The notes: generated by a model not told the origin, from the letters alone. 64,000 nucleotides of DNA from Candidatus Levyibacteriota bacterium (GCA_003152105.1 PLZJ01000003.1:70899-134898); one strand, 5' to 3'. Shown: positions 1 through 10,545, numbered from the stretch's first letter. Translations and numbers: made by a program.

Positions 1-299
1 CCAAGAATTCCGCGTGTGCGAACTTGATTTGCAAGCCGTGGGGTTGCCTGTATCGAAAAATAGTCTCTGCCTACTTGTATTTCTCCACTGGGTAAATGCT
101 TTTTGTAAGGCAATAATTTTTTCCAGCTAAATGCTGGATCAGCATCACTACTTGCTACAGCTCGAAGCTCTGCTATTCTTGTATCTACAAACGCTTTTTT
201 TGCTTCCTTGCTTGCATCGGCAACAGAGGGGAAACTATTGGCAATTCGTACACCATCAGTTTCCGAAAAAATTGGTTCACCTTCATTTCTCATGGCCAT
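1..299 (-). CDS. hypothetical protein (partial, runs off window start)
   Basis: Frame MAMRNEGEPIFSETDG... is open from ATG at 299 to the window edge; -10-like TATACT lies just upstream. Confidence 0.6.
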   Translation of the reverse strand, partial: MAMRNEGEPIFSETDGVRIANSFPSVADASKEAKKAFVDTRIAELRAVASSDADPAFSWKKLLPYKKHLPSGEIQVGRDYFSIQATPRLANQVRTRGIL

Positions 300-387
300 A
301 GTATATACCATTGTAAGTATTTTTTACACTCTATTTTACTATTTATCTCCTTGACTTATCCTATGTTAAAGCGCTATTCTACGAGCT

Positions 388-693
388 ATGGCAAACTGGA
401 GACAACCAAAACCTCGAAAAGTACAACACCGATATTCTTCCCGCAATAAAGAAAGGGGACAACAAATACCACCTTCCCAACATGAAATAGCAATAACTAC
501 CACTTCTTCGCATACTAATGCGCCCTCTCAATCAGAATCTTCACACAAGTCGTCACCACAAAGATTAACTGATACACAAAGAGCGTTATTTGAAACATAT
601 GGCCACACAGTAGTTTCATTTGATGACCCAAACAGATTTCCAACAGCTGGCGAATTTAAAACAGTCTTTGAACAAATAGAAGATGGTTCCTAA
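388..693 (+). CDS. hypothetical protein
   Basis: 101-aa ORF preceded by TTGACT...TATTCT promoter-like sequence. Confidence 0.55.
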   Translation: MANWRQPKPRKVQHRYSSRNKERGQQIPPSQHEIAITTTSSHTNAPSQSESSHKSSPQRLTDTQRALFETYGHTVVSFDDPNRFPTAGEFKTVFEQIEDGS

Positions 694-828
694 CACGCTA
701 TTGCTTCTGAATTAACTATTCTCCTTTATATTGACCTATTTTGCTTGGCATTTGTTCTACTTTTATGCTATTGATATTCGTATAAAATTGCATTATTGTT
801 GTATATAAGTTCGTATAATATTTGGTTT

Positions 829-1089
829 ATGCTTGAGCACATACACGAGAAAGTTGATGTTATTGCAATATATAAACGTATTGGGGTAAAAGTATATCCC
901 GCAAAAGTAAGATGGAATGGAAAAGACTACATAATACAAAAACTAGGATATACACATAGGGAAAAAATTGGAGGAACAGTACATCATATTTTTCATGTTA
1001 GTAGTGACTCCTATTATTTTAGACTTCGTTTTGACACATTTAATCTTTCGTGGTTACTTGAGGAGGTATCTGATGGACTTGCCACTTAA
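829..1089 (+). CDS. small protein coupled to dinB (DUF6504-like putative polymerase accessory)
   Basis: MLEHIHEKVDV...PAKVRWNGKDY...YFRLRFD...WLLEEV; overlaps the dinB start; TATAAT about 10 nt upstream. Confidence 0.6.
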   Translation: MLEHIHEKVDVIAIYKRIGVKVYPAKVRWNGKDYIIQKLGYTHREKIGGTVHHIFHVSSDSYYFRLRFDTFNLSWLLEEVSDGLAT

Positions 1090-2323
1090 TCATAATATCC
1101 CTCTTATCATGCATGTTGATCTCAATTCTTGTTTTGCAACATGCGAACAGCAAGCAAATCCTCTTTACAGAGGAAAACCACTTGTTATTGCCGCATATAA
1201 TTCTCCTGCAGGATGTGTGGTTGCACCAAGTATTGAAGCAAAACGATATGGCATTAAAACAGGCATGTCTGTTCGAGAAGCACGCCTCTTATATCCTTTG
1301 GTAAATGTGCATACGCCAACGCCAACATTGTACCGCGATATTTATACAAAGTTTAATAAAATATTTAAAGACTATTCTCCTGATGTCACACCAAAATCAA
1401 TAGATGAAGTTGTTGTTAATTTAACAACAGTTCAAAAATGTAACCCAGATCTGCTTACCGTAGGAAATGAAATTAAAAAACGCATACGAGAAGAAATAGG
1501 GGAATGGATGAGTTGCAATATAGGAATTGGCACAAATAGATTTCTTGCAAAACTTGGTGCTTCTCTTCATAAACCAGATGGACTTGATGTGATAACGCAT
1601 GAAAATCTAAAAGCAATCTATGACTCTGTTTCTTTAACAGATTTAAATGGCATAAATGTACGTTTTGAAGCACGACTTAACGCACATGGTATCTTTTCTC
1701 CTTTAGATTTCCTCAAAGCACCAGTCGACTTGCTAGAAAAAGAAGTATTTAGAAGTAAATGTGGAAGAGATTGGTACTATAGAATACGAGGATATGAAGT
1801 AGATGATGTTGAATGGAAAACAAAAAGCATAGGGCAGCAGTATGCACTACCAAAAGCAACAAATGATCCAAGAATGCTTTCCATGTTACTTATGAAACTA
1901 ACTGAGAAAATGGGAAGAAGACTTAGGGAAAAACAAGTCGCCGCTCGCGGCGTGCACGTATCCTGTGTCTATGCTGATTGGACACATTGGCACAGAGGAA
2001 GATTGCAAGACACAGAAATGTTTACCACACATGAACTATTTGAACGTGCACAACTTGTTTTTAATCAACAACCAGAAAAAAAGCGAATTTCAAAACTTGC
2101 TGTTTCTTGTTATGATTTTACTCCCTCTGCTAAATCACAACAAAGTCTTTTCGATATCAATAGCACAAAAAAACGTATGGTTGCTTTGGCAATGGATGAA
2201 ATTAATGATAGATATGGCGAATTTGTTATAACTCCCGCTCTTATGATGGGAATGGATGACTTAATTCTTGACCGCATTGCATTTGGAGGAAATGTTAAAG
2301 AATTAAAAGATATATATAACTAA
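1073..2323 (+). CDS. dinB: Y-family DNA polymerase IV
   Basis: MHVDLNSCFATCEQ, SIEAKRYGIKTGM, SIDE, IGIGTNRFLAKLGASLHKPDG; start moved to MDLPLN. Confidence 0.93.
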   Translation: MDLPLNHNIPLIMHVDLNSCFATCEQQANPLYRGKPLVIAAYNSPAGCVVAPSIEAKRYGIKTGMSVREARLLYPLVNVHTPTPTLYRDIYTKFNKIFKDYSPDVTPKSIDEVVVNLTTVQKCNPDLLTVGNEIKKRIREEIGEWMSCNIGIGTNRFLAKLGASLHKPDGLDVITHENLKAIYDSVSLTDLNGINVRFEARLNAHGIFSPLDFLKAPVDLLEKEVFRSKCGRDWYYRIRGYEVDDVEWKTKSIGQQYALPKATNDPRMLSMLLMKLTEKMGRRLREKQVAARGVHVSCVYADWTHWHRGRLQDTEMFTTHELFERAQLVFNQQPEKKRISKLAVSCYDFTPSAKSQQSLFDINSTKKRMVALAMDEINDRYGEFVITPALMMGMDDLILDRIAFGGNVKELKDIYN

Positions 2324-2350
2324 AAAGGGGGGATAGAAAGACAAGACATA

Positions 2351-3238
2351 TTATGTTTTTCTATGAAGATAATTCATACCAATAACACTAACTAGGATTG
2401 CTATACCACCAATAAATTCTTTTACGCTTAGGACTTCTGCGTAAAATAAAAACCCGATAATTACACCAAAAACTGATTCTAACGCTAAGATATTACTCGC
2501 AAGTACTGTTTCAACCCGTTTAAAACCATAGTTAGTTAAGTAGAGAGTAAAAATATTAAAAAATCCAGCAAGAACAACAATAAGAAGTAAAAATGGACTC
2601 CATCCCTTAACTGGTAACCCTTGACCAGCAATTATTGAGGTTAAAAATAATATAACAACAGAAATAAAGAAAATTAAAAGTGTTATTTCCTTGTCGTTTA
2701 ATAAAGAAGAATGCCACCTTCGAGCTATATAACTTAACGAAAAACACACGGTTGAAATAAGCGCAAAAGTTTCACCTTTTCCCCAAAGAAAAATATCACT
2801 AAAACTCCTTACGCCAATTAATGCTGCTCCTAAAAAAGCTAGTATTATAAATAGAGTTTTTCCTAAAGAAAATCTTTCTTTCAGTAAAATAATTCCAAAA
2901 AAAGCTGTAAATGGCATGCTCCCTATAAACGTAGTGTTACCATATTTTGCAAAAATAAATGCCACTGTAAGAAATGTTACGGCCAATCCGTAGAGAAAAA
3001 GTGATCTTAAAAAAAGCAATATCCATTCTCTTGTTTGAATTCTTTTTATTTTTGAAAAGGAAATATCTTTATGAAATATAATGTATCCAAGCAGTAACGC
3101 AACACCAACTCGTAAATACACTTGCTGTAACACAGAAAAAACTACTAAATACCTGGCGAATATCCCCATTGAAGCAAAAAGAAGTGAGAGAATAATTAAG
3201 GAAAGAATCCCTTTTTGTTTATTTTGAATTTGAAGCAT
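2351..3238 (-). CDS. DMT/EamA family transporter
   Basis: 295 aa, about 10 TM helices, two-fold repeat, ESVFGVIIG-type motif. Confidence 0.85.
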   Translation of the reverse strand: MLQIQNKQKGILSLIILSLLFASMGIFARYLVVFSVLQQVYLRVGVALLLGYIIFHKDISFSKIKRIQTREWILLFLRSLFLYGLAVTFLTVAFIFAKYGNTTFIGSMPFTAFFGIILLKERFSLGKTLFIILAFLGAALIGVRSFSDIFLWGKGETFALISTVCFSLSYIARRWHSSLLNDKEITLLIFFISVVILFLTSIIAGQGLPVKGWSPFLLLIVVLAGFFNIFTLYLTNYGFKRVETVLASNILALESVFGVIIGFLFYAEVLSVKEFIGGIAILVSVIGMNYLHRKT

Positions 3239-3299
3239 AGTGTAATTGTATCAAAAGTAAATTACATATGTTTCTTCAACGATTTGTCATAAATCGTAC

Positions 3300-3617
3300 T
3301 TAGCTTGCTTTTTTTTCTTTCCATCTAGTCCTTTTTTGAAGCATTAACAAATCATTATGATGTTCCCAAAGAGTAACAGAACCACCATTTTGTAGTCGTT
3401 CTATTCTCTCTATAAATAAAGGGGTAATTTCATCTTTTTTCTTATGACATGCTTCAGATAGTTTTTGTATGTTCCTTTCATCATTCATTTGAGGGATAGA
3501 CCAGTCAAGTAATCTTGCTATTGATCGAGGAGTAAAATGATCTTTTGTTGATCCTATTCTTTCGCATTCTTGTTCATGTATAGATGCTTCACATTCAGGT
3601 AACGTCTGCTCAACCAT
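3300..3617 (-). CDS. hypothetical protein
   Basis: 105-aa ORF filling the intergenic space. Confidence 0.55.
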   Translation of the reverse strand: MVEQTLPECEASIHEQECERIGSTKDHFTPRSIARLLDWSIPQMNDERNIQKLSEACHKKKDEITPLFIERIERLQNGGSVTLWEHHNDLLMLQKRTRWKEKKAS

Positions 3618-3707
3618 TTAGCAAAATTATACTACACTTTAGAGCCATTTAACAGGACAAAATATACAAGGTGTCAAAAGAAATAAATTAATAAAACGGG
3701 GTTTAGA

Positions 3708-4130
3708 TTATCCTCTTGGAGATGGCTGAAGCATGCCAGCATGATTACCTTCTGAATCTTCAAACGAAACATAGCGACCAACTCCTGGAATATCATCAAT
3801 TTTGCCGGGTCCACCTGAACCACCTAACACTTTTCCACCTGCTTCTTCTACTTTTTTCATTGCTTCTTCTAAGTTTTCAACTGAAATAACCAAGTGTGGA
3901 ATATTAAACCCTTCTTTGTCCTGCCAATCAAAAAAGCCTCCATTTATAGCACCAGGAGTCTTTGGCATCATATTGTCACCTGTTTCTGTTGTTTGTGCTA
4001 ATAGATAGTTACCCATATCAGCTCCCGTTTGATTCATGTTCCATCCAAAAACAGAGGAATAAAATGCAGCAACTCTTTTCTTGTCTTTTGCTGGCATTTC
4101 AAAGTGTACTACTGGATCCATTTTTGCCAT
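3708..4130 (-). CDS. VOC/glyoxalase family protein
   Basis: PVVHFEMPA...FYSSVFGW...GAINGG...IPGVGRYVSFEDSEGN. Confidence 0.9.
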   Translation of the reverse strand: MAKMDPVVHFEMPAKDKKRVAAFYSSVFGWNMNQTGADMGNYLLAQTTETGDNMMPKTPGAINGGFFDWQDKEGFNIPHLVISVENLEEAMKKVEEAGGKVLGGSGGPGKIDDIPGVGRYVSFEDSEGNHAGMLQPSPRG

Positions 4131-4211
4131 ATATATATTTTAGCAAAGAAAAGGGAAAAATAAAATATATCAAAATAGTGCAATTTATAATTTTGAGTAA
4201 GCAGTAATAGC

Positions 4212-4889
4212 TTAGAATAATAAGGGAACTAATCGATACCTGACTTTGTTTTCATATTCTCTGTATCCTTTGAGATTTTTCTCAAGATATTTTTCCTCAT
4301 CTAGTAGTCTCCAAATAATAACAAGGGTAATAAATAAAAAGGCAGTTAGTCCCCATAAAGAACCAAGTGCAAGGGGAACACCAAATAGCATTAGCATTGC
4401 ACCTGCATACATTGGATGACGAACTATGGCATATGGTCCCTCTGAAACTACTTGTTGTTTTTTATCAACTTCAATAATGGCAGATGTAAATGTATTTGCT
4501 TTAAACACAAAAAATACGATTAAGAGTCCCAAAACTACGAGTACATCACCAATAAGAGAGATGGGCGTTGATACATGTGACCAAGAAAAACGATGATCTA
4601 ATGAAGGGATAATAATAACAAGCGCAAAAGCGATTTGTGCAATAAATTGTATTAGTTTTTGCTTCTTATCTTTTTCGGCTATTGCTCCTGCCATAACTCT
4701 TCTTTGCAATAATGCTGGGTCATAAAAAGCAAGATACATGGTAATTGCAAATACGCAAATGGAAAGCGTTATGAGAAAAACCCATGCTTGCCAATACGCA
4801 AATGTCCAAACAGGAATAAATAACAGCAAGGAAAGGGCAATAATAAAAAATAATAAACCACCAAATGCTTTTTTATTAAGCTCATTCAT
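4212..4889 (-). CDS. isoprenylcysteine carboxyl methyltransferase family protein
   Basis: GPYAIVRHPMYAG, EEKYL, YRLVP motifs; multi-TM. Confidence 0.88.
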   Translation of the reverse strand: MNELNKKAFGGLLFFIIALSLLLFIPVWTFAYWQAWVFLITLSICVFAITMYLAFYDPALLQRRVMAGAIAEKDKKQKLIQFIAQIAFALVIIIPSLDHRFSWSHVSTPISLIGDVLVVLGLLIVFFVFKANTFTSAIIEVDKKQQVVSEGPYAIVRHPMYAGAMLMLFGVPLALGSLWGLTAFLFITLVIIWRLLDEEKYLEKNLKGYREYENKVRYRLVPLLF

Positions 4890-4999
4890 TATGTAATGAT
4901 ACCACTATTAACACTGTGAAGTTGTTCAATATATTTTGGCCTCACTATGCATGAGTTTATTTATTGACATAGGAGTAGAAAGAACTCTATTATTGTTAT

Positions 5000-5485
5000 G
5001 TGCATATCAAAGACAGAATACCTTTATTCATAGGCCTTGGACTACCAATACTTTTGCTGCTGTATATTTTTGTGTCAGTATATCTTCCTTCAATACTTGT
5101 TAAACCACAATATAATTTTTTATATGCGAGTGGCTGTTCTACAGACTATAGCATTAGCGTAATTAATAATAGAATTGTTATTACATCAAACTACAATGGT
5201 CAATATAGCGTGCCTTATTCGTCTTGTATCTATTTATATGACACAAGAAATGACAGCAATACCCCTCTTTCACAACAACAAGCTTTGTCATATAGCAATA
5301 TTAACCCTACGAATAAATCACCTGATGGTTTTACGGTAGTGAGTAATTCATCGGGAGACACAAGTTATTTTCCATTATTCTGGTATGGTGAATATAATTC
5401 AGGCTACTACTTATTAGGTCATGGATATAATAAAGAAATAACAAATGATACGTATGACTTTAAATTTTTAGGATGGGTACAGTAA
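5000..5485 (+). CDS. membrane-anchored hypothetical protein
   Basis: N-terminal TM, PQYNFLY, SPDGF, C-terminal FLGWV; TAATG-coupled to the next gene. Confidence 0.7.
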   Translation: MHIKDRIPLFIGLGLPILLLLYIFVSVYLPSILVKPQYNFLYASGCSTDYSISVINNRIVITSNYNGQYSVPYSSCIYLYDTRNDSNTPLSQQQALSYSNINPTNKSPDGFTVVSNSSGDTSYFPLFWYGEYNSGYYLLGHGYNKEITNDTYDFKFLGWVQ

Positions 5486-6480
5486 TGACTGAAAATGATT
5501 CATTAAAAGCATCACAACTGCTTCAAGATCTAAAGCTATATGTTGATAATGGCACTCTTTCAAAAGAGCAGATTCTTGCTGTGCTTACTACTTCAAAACC
5601 GACAGAATTCGTACAAAAAAAGGGAAAAATTAATCTACAAAAAATTTTGTATTACATAGGTGGATTCATACTACTACTGGGGATAATTTTCTACATTGGC
5701 CAATATTGGAATACAATGAGTCAAATAACACGAACAATTATTACTCTTGGTGCTTCTGTATCCACTTATTTTTTAGGCTATTATTTTTATACAAGAACGA
5801 AAAACAATGATTTTGGACACTCTTTTTTAATCATTTCTTCAGTGCTTTTTCCTCTGGGGATAGGTACTGCTTTAGATATGCTTGGCGTTTCTCCAACAAC
5901 AAGCAGCGGCATATCTGTTAATGCAGCACTACTTTTTATTATTTATAGTCTCTCTTTTTATTCGATAAAAGCAAAAATATTCTTACTTTTTACCTTTATT
6001 GCAGGCACAACTTTATTCTTCAGTTTTACAAATTTTATGTTCCTCGACAATGGAAATGAACGCTTTTATGAATATAGGTTGTTGATTATGGGATTAACAT
6101 ACCTATCATTTGGCTATTATTTTACCAATACAAATAAAAAATTTATGACTAATTTGTTGTATTTTTTTGGATTATTTATCCTACTAAGTTCTGCATTATC
6201 GTTACAAGGATTTACTCCAGCAAATAGTATAGTTTGGGAAATCCTCTATCCATTTTTATTGGTTGGTATTTTTTACAGCAGCGTAAAATTACAAAATAAT
6301 ATATTTTTGATTCTGGGCACATTATTTACCTTTGGAGAGATTTTAAAACTTACGTATGAATATTTTAGTAATAGTCTAGGGTGGCCTATCTCTCTTATGC
6401 TTGCTGGACTGTTAATGATGGGGATTGGATATGTAAGTTTTGAATTGAACAGAAAATATCTCAAAATAGCAAAAGCATAA
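5485..6480 (+). CDS. DUF2157-like multi-pass membrane protein
   Basis: LYYIGGFILLLGIIFYIGQYW pattern; about 9 TM helices. Confidence 0.7.
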   Translation: MTENDSLKASQLLQDLKLYVDNGTLSKEQILAVLTTSKPTEFVQKKGKINLQKILYYIGGFILLLGIIFYIGQYWNTMSQITRTIITLGASVSTYFLGYYFYTRTKNNDFGHSFLIISSVLFPLGIGTALDMLGVSPTTSSGISVNAALLFIIYSLSFYSIKAKIFLLFTFIAGTTLFFSFTNFMFLDNGNERFYEYRLLIMGLTYLSFGYYFTNTNKKFMTNLLYFFGLFILLSSALSLQGFTPANSIVWEILYPFLLVGIFYSSVKLQNNIFLILGTLFTFGEILKLTYEYFSNSLGWPISLMLAGLLMMGIGYVSFELNRKYLKIAKA

Positions 6481-6532
6481 TGCAATGTATAGATTAAGTT
6501 GTCTGGAGGGAATAGTTGTACTTTTTGCTTTA

Positions 6533-6784
6533 TTAAACTCTTAGTAAAACTACACCAATAAGTACAATAAAAAAGAGTACTATGTATACAATCTTTTCTT
6601 GAGACTTCCAATTGGCAACTTTCTTATTTATTGCTCCTTTTGCCATTGAACCTCCCCACATTTTAGTATTTCTTTTTGCTTGCCACTTTAAAAATCTATC
6701 ACTTCTATGCGTAATTGCCGAAATAGCTGCCCATGTGATGCCAAATACAATTAAATATAAACCGAATAGATGCTGTAGTGTCAT
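6533..6784 (-). CDS. small membrane protein
   Basis: Two hydrophobic helices. Confidence 0.6.
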   Translation of the reverse strand: MTLQHLFGLYLIVFGITWAAISAITHRSDRFLKWQAKRNTKMWGGSMAKGAINKKVANWKSQEKIVYIVLFFIVLIGVVLLRV

Positions 6785-7049
6785 ATGCTTACCTATATAG
6801 TTAACAATACTTATGATATCTCGTCAATACAAAGAATAAAGCACGCTATAATTTGTTATTCTTCTCATCCTGTAGTATAATTCCGGAAGCTTTCGTTCAG
6901 GGTTAAATAAAAGCTATTTAGATTTTGAGCAAAAGCTAATTTGCACTTTAATAACTTCATTTGGAATTACCTTTTGCAGTGCATAGTGTGTGTCATTTCT
7001 GATACATAGTATGCGCTTGCAAAAGTGACATTTTAGAGAAAGGGAACTC

Positions 7050-7376
7050 ATGGATATTATACACATTGTTGTAACACTTCTTGCTCTAATACCCATTGGG
7101 GTACTAGGCATTTTAGCGCTTATTGTCACATGCTTTCTGCTGCAATGGTTTATTTCGTATGTTTATACACATTCGAACCATTTAAGCAGTAGAGAAGACC
7201 CATATTCCTATGACACAGAGGGATATGCAATGTTTAGTCTTCTCGTTAGCATAATCGTTTATGCTTTCGTGATATATGGGGCACAATGGTCATCATTTTG
7301 GTGGATGTGGCTAATACTTTGCCCATACATGCTGATTAATCTTTTACTTACTTTTGTTATCGTGTCAAATAACTAA
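7050..7376 (+). CDS. orphan 3-TM membrane protein (cassette 1)
   Basis: SD-like AAGGGA; hydrophobic ORF. Confidence 0.65.
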   Translation: MDIIHIVVTLLALIPIGVLGILALIVTCFLLQWFISYVYTHSNHLSSREDPYSYDTEGYAMFSLLVSIIVYAFVIYGAQWSSFWWMWLILCPYMLINLLLTFVIVSNN

Positions 7377-7390
7377 AAAGGAGGAGTCTC

Positions 7391-7540
7391 ATGCGATTTC
7401 TACACGTTGTCATAGGTCTACTTGTCGCCATTCTCTGTGGAATTTTGATCATTCGGGTCCTCTCACCCTACCAAGCAATATCAATTGCAAGTATATGCGT
7501 CATTGGAGGAGTACTTTTGTACACAAAAATTCGAAAGTAA
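7391..7540 (+). CDS. 49-aa 2-TM membrane protein (cassette 1; absent from ORF track)
   Basis: AGGAGG SD; MRFLHVVIGLLVAILCGILIIRVLSPYQAISIASICVIGGVLLYTKIRK. Confidence 0.65.
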   Translation: MRFLHVVIGLLVAILCGILIIRVLSPYQAISIASICVIGGVLLYTKIRK

Positions 7541-7582
7541 CCATTGCACTGTCGATTACTAAGCAGAAAAAGAAAGGGTGAC

Positions 7583-7750
7583 ATGAAAACGCATTATCCG
7601 CTTATCGCAGGTGGCTCAATCATCATCGGCTACGGACTCGTGCACGAATTTCCCGCTCAAGCTGATTTTATCCGCATTGTTATCTATCTCACTTTTGGGA
7701 TTGTAGTAGTGTGGTTTATTTGGGCACTTGTCCATATCCGTAGAGGATAA
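7583..7750 (+). CDS. 55-aa 2-TM membrane protein (cassette 1)
   Basis: AAGGGTG SD-like; MKTHYPLIAGG... Confidence 0.6.
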   Translation: MKTHYPLIAGGSIIIGYGLVHEFPAQADFIRIVIYLTFGIVVVWFIWALVHIRRG

Positions 7751-7903
7751 ATTCCAAAAGGAGTAAGGTGCCAGGTTTGGTAGGGAAAGAGTATATCTTT
7801 TAAAGGAGGGGCGTAATGCGATAAGCATACACAACTATTTAAAAACTCAATTCCTACCAGACCAAATCCTACAACGAGACAAAAGTACGGTTTGTGCTGC
7901 TAC

Positions 7904-8338
7904 TTACCAACCAAGTTCTGTATAAAAAATGTTTTTCTGGTAGTTTTCTATTGCTTGCTTTATATAGCCAATGGTATTTTCAGGTAAATTGTTTAGTGGG
8001 AAAAATCGCAAATCACTACATTTATCAGGTTCTGTATTTGCGGGCTGACCAACCCAATGCTTTGCATAAAAAAAGAAATCCATGCGAATATCTTCTTCTT
8101 TTCTATGCATAATCTGAACTATTTGTATATCTTGCTTTGTAAGTACAATGCCGATTTCTTCTTTTGTTTCTCTTATTATTCCTGTGGTTAATGATTCATT
8201 ATCATCTAAATGACCAGCAGGCAGACCATAGTTTCCATCTTCATATCCGGTGTTTTGTCTTTTAAGAAGCAGTATGTTGTCATCTTTTATTAAGAATAAG
8301 TAGATTGAGGCGATCATTTTAAATCGTTCCATAATCAC
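7904..8338 (-). CDS. NUDIX hydrolase
   Basis: Nudix box GHLDDNESLTTGIIRETKEEIG. Confidence 0.92.
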   Translation of the reverse strand: MIMERFKMIASIYLFLIKDDNILLLKRQNTGYEDGNYGLPAGHLDDNESLTTGIIRETKEEIGIVLTKQDIQIVQIMHRKEEDIRMDFFFYAKHWVGQPANTEPDKCSDLRFFPLNNLPENTIGYIKQAIENYQKNIFYTELGW

Positions 8339-8354
8339 ATTATATAAGTACTAA

Positions 8355-8630
8355 TTATTGGTACTTTGGGCGTGAAGCTAGTTGTTTTTTTGTTGTTTTT
8401 ACTGCATTGAATGGAACACCATATTTATCAAATTGAACAAGCGAATTATCACAATGATTACATAAATACATTTCTGTTTTGGATTTATTTGAAATAAATT
8501 CACCACTTATGAGAATAGTGCATTTTGCACAGCGAACAGTATGAGGAGATTTATCAAGTAAGATACTGCTATCTCGATCCATTTGCAAAAGGACTTTCTT
8601 TTTCTTAAATGAAAACATAGTTGTGCTCAA
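8355..8630 (-). CDS. putative zinc-binding hypothetical protein
   Basis: CAKC and CNHC pairs; start uncertain. Confidence 0.5.
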   Translation of the reverse strand: MSTTMFSFKKKKVLLQMDRDSSILLDKSPHTVRCAKCTILISGEFISNKSKTEMYLCNHCDNSLVQFDKYGVPFNAVKTTKKQLASRPKYQ

Positions 8631-8699
8631 AACAGTATAGTCGTTTTAGAGGTGATAGTAAAGCTTTTGAGCTCAAAATGGCACTGACTTTTACGTCAT

Positions 8700-9062
8700 T
8701 TATTGGGAAATATAGCTTTTAACAAGAGTGAGTAAATCTTCACTTTCAAATGGTTTTGCAATAAAGTCATCTGCTCCACATAGTTTTGCATCTTCAGAAG
8801 CTGAAGGATGTGCAGACATCATAATAATGGCAATATCTTTTGTTTTTACATTACTTTTTAAAGCCCTTGCTATTTGCCTTCCATCACTTCCTGAAAGGAG
8901 CATATCAAGTAAAATGACATCTGGTTTAAAATCATTAACTTTATGAATTGTTTCTTCTCCTTTTGGTGTTGTTTCAACTTCATAATTATCTATTTCTAAA
9001 AGGATAGAAAGTGGCTCCAAAATATCATAATCATCATCAATGACAAGTACCTTTTTTTTCAT
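8700..9062 (-). CDS. single-domain response regulator
   Basis: VLVIDDD, DVILLDMLL, MSAH, FIAKPF; start at MKKKVL. Confidence 0.92.
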   Translation of the reverse strand: MKKKVLVIDDDYDILEPLSILLEIDNYEVETTPKGEETIHKVNDFKPDVILLDMLLSGSDGRQIARALKSNVKTKDIAIIMMSAHPSASEDAKLCGADDFIAKPFESEDLLTLVKSYISQ

Positions 9063-9072
9063 CTTATTTATC

Positions 9073-10545
9073 TTACCCCTTTTTATGAGGAATTGGCAAA
9101 CTGAAGGAAAAAGTAGACCCTTTTCCTTTTTCACTTGTTACCCAGATTTTTCCACTATGTCGTTCTACTATTTCTTTTGCAATAAAAAGTCCAAGCCCAA
9201 GACCGGGAAATGTTTTCTCATTACGATCTGTTACTTGATACAACCTTTCAAATATCTTTTTTTGTTGCTCTTTTTCAATACCAATACCATAATCTTTTAC
9301 GCTAATGAGCGCATGACGGTTTTGACTAGAAAGCGTTATGATGATTTTCCTACCTTTTGGTGAATATTTAATTGCATTTGATATGAGATTAACAAGCACC
9401 TGATAAATTCTATATCTATCGGCAAATACTTGTCCTGAAAAATTGTTACGTAAAACAAGCTCATGTTGTCTTGTCATACCACTTAATCCTTCTAATGTAT
9501 CAGATACAATTTGTGATAATTGAAAGGATTCTTTTTTAAATCGAAGCTTCCCTGTTTGAATTCTTGATATGTCGAGTAAATCATTTGTTAATTCAGATAA
9601 ACGATGGATCTGATCTTTAATTCGCTGATTAAAATATTGCGCTTTTTTTGATTTACTGGAAGACAATTCTTTTTCTTGTAAATCAAGAAACATTTTAAGA
9701 CTAGTTAAAGGAGTTTTTAATTCATGTGACGCCATACTTAAGAAATCATCTTTTTGGCGTTCTAAATCTTTTTGACCGGTAATATCAGTAATAATTGATG
9801 CCGCTGCTATGACTCGGCGTTTCTTATTATGAATTGGTGCTGAATTTACTTGTAAATATTTGCCCTCATTTCCATTCACTTGTTGATAATATATTTCACG
9901 TCCAATAATTGACGTTCCCTTTTTCAGTGCTTGAGAAAGCGGGGACTGATGAGGAATGGGAAGGGAACCATTAATTTTTATTTGTGGAATCGTATCTAAC
10001 CCAATGGCAAATCCAATTGGCATTCTAATGCCAAGTATTTTATTTAATTGTTTATTTGTTTGCGTTAAAATACCATGTCCGTCTGTGACAATAACACCAA
10101 CAGGAAGTTGATCAATAATTGTTTGTAATCTTTCTTTTTCAATGGCACTACTTTCAATAAGCCAATCAATGCGCTGTTTTAACCATCCTATTATTGAAGC
10201 AAGTATTGCATACAACACGCCAAGTATTATGGTCGTGTCAACAGCCATACTGAGTTCAAATCCATGGTAATGTCTTGTGGCAATTATGTAAAAGTAGTAA
10301 CAGATAGCAAAAAGTGTTGAAATATACCCACCCCGCAGCCCATCTCGAAAGGAAAAATAGATAATAAACGCTACATTGATAAAGATAATATATTCGCCAA
10401 TAATAAGCGGGTTTCGAGCAATTATATATGCATAAAATTCTGAACTTACACAAAGCACAATATTGGCAATAAGAGGAAAAACAAATGAATAATTGGATTC
10501 CCCAAGATGAACAATGGGATTAAGATATCGATAAATGCTTCTCAT
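9073..10545 (-). CDS. membrane sensor histidine kinase with PAS domain
   Basis: SHELKTPLT H-box, NLISNAIKYS, DYGIGI, GLGLGL. Confidence 0.95.
   Translation of the reverse strand: MRSIYRYLNPIVHLGESNYSFVFPLIANIVLCVSSEFYAYIIARNPLIIGEYIIFINVAFIIYFSFRDGLRGGYISTLFAICYYFYIIATRHYHGFELSMAVDTTIILGVLYAILASIIGWLKQRIDWLIESSAIEKERLQTIIDQLPVGVIVTDGHGILTQTNKQLNKILGIRMPIGFAIGLDTIPQIKINGSLPIPHQSPLSQALKKGTSIIGREIYYQQVNGNEGKYLQVNSAPIHNKKRRVIAAASIITDITGQKDLERQKDDFLSMASHELKTPLTSLKMFLDLQEKELSSSKSKKAQYFNQRIKDQIHRLSELTNDLLDISRIQTGKLRFKKESFQLSQIVSDTLEGLSGMTRQHELVLRNNFSGQVFADRYRIYQVLVNLISNAIKYSPKGRKIIITLSSQNRHALISVKDYGIGIEKEQQKKIFERLYQVTDRNEKTFPGLGLGLFIAKEIVERHSGKIWVTSEKGKGSTFSFSLPIPHKKG

Larger units (their letters stand above)
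6850..7900 (+). other. boxA-leader cassette 1
   Basis: TATAAT 6876, AGCTAT 6912, boxA-like 6942-6954, hairpin 6971-7025, three SD-led ORFs, 3' structure 7774-7863. Confidence 0.75.

Noticed and set aside
968..1072. N-terminal extension of dinB in the ORF track
   Set aside because: It overlaps the upstream gene; the family motif begins after the ATG at 1073.
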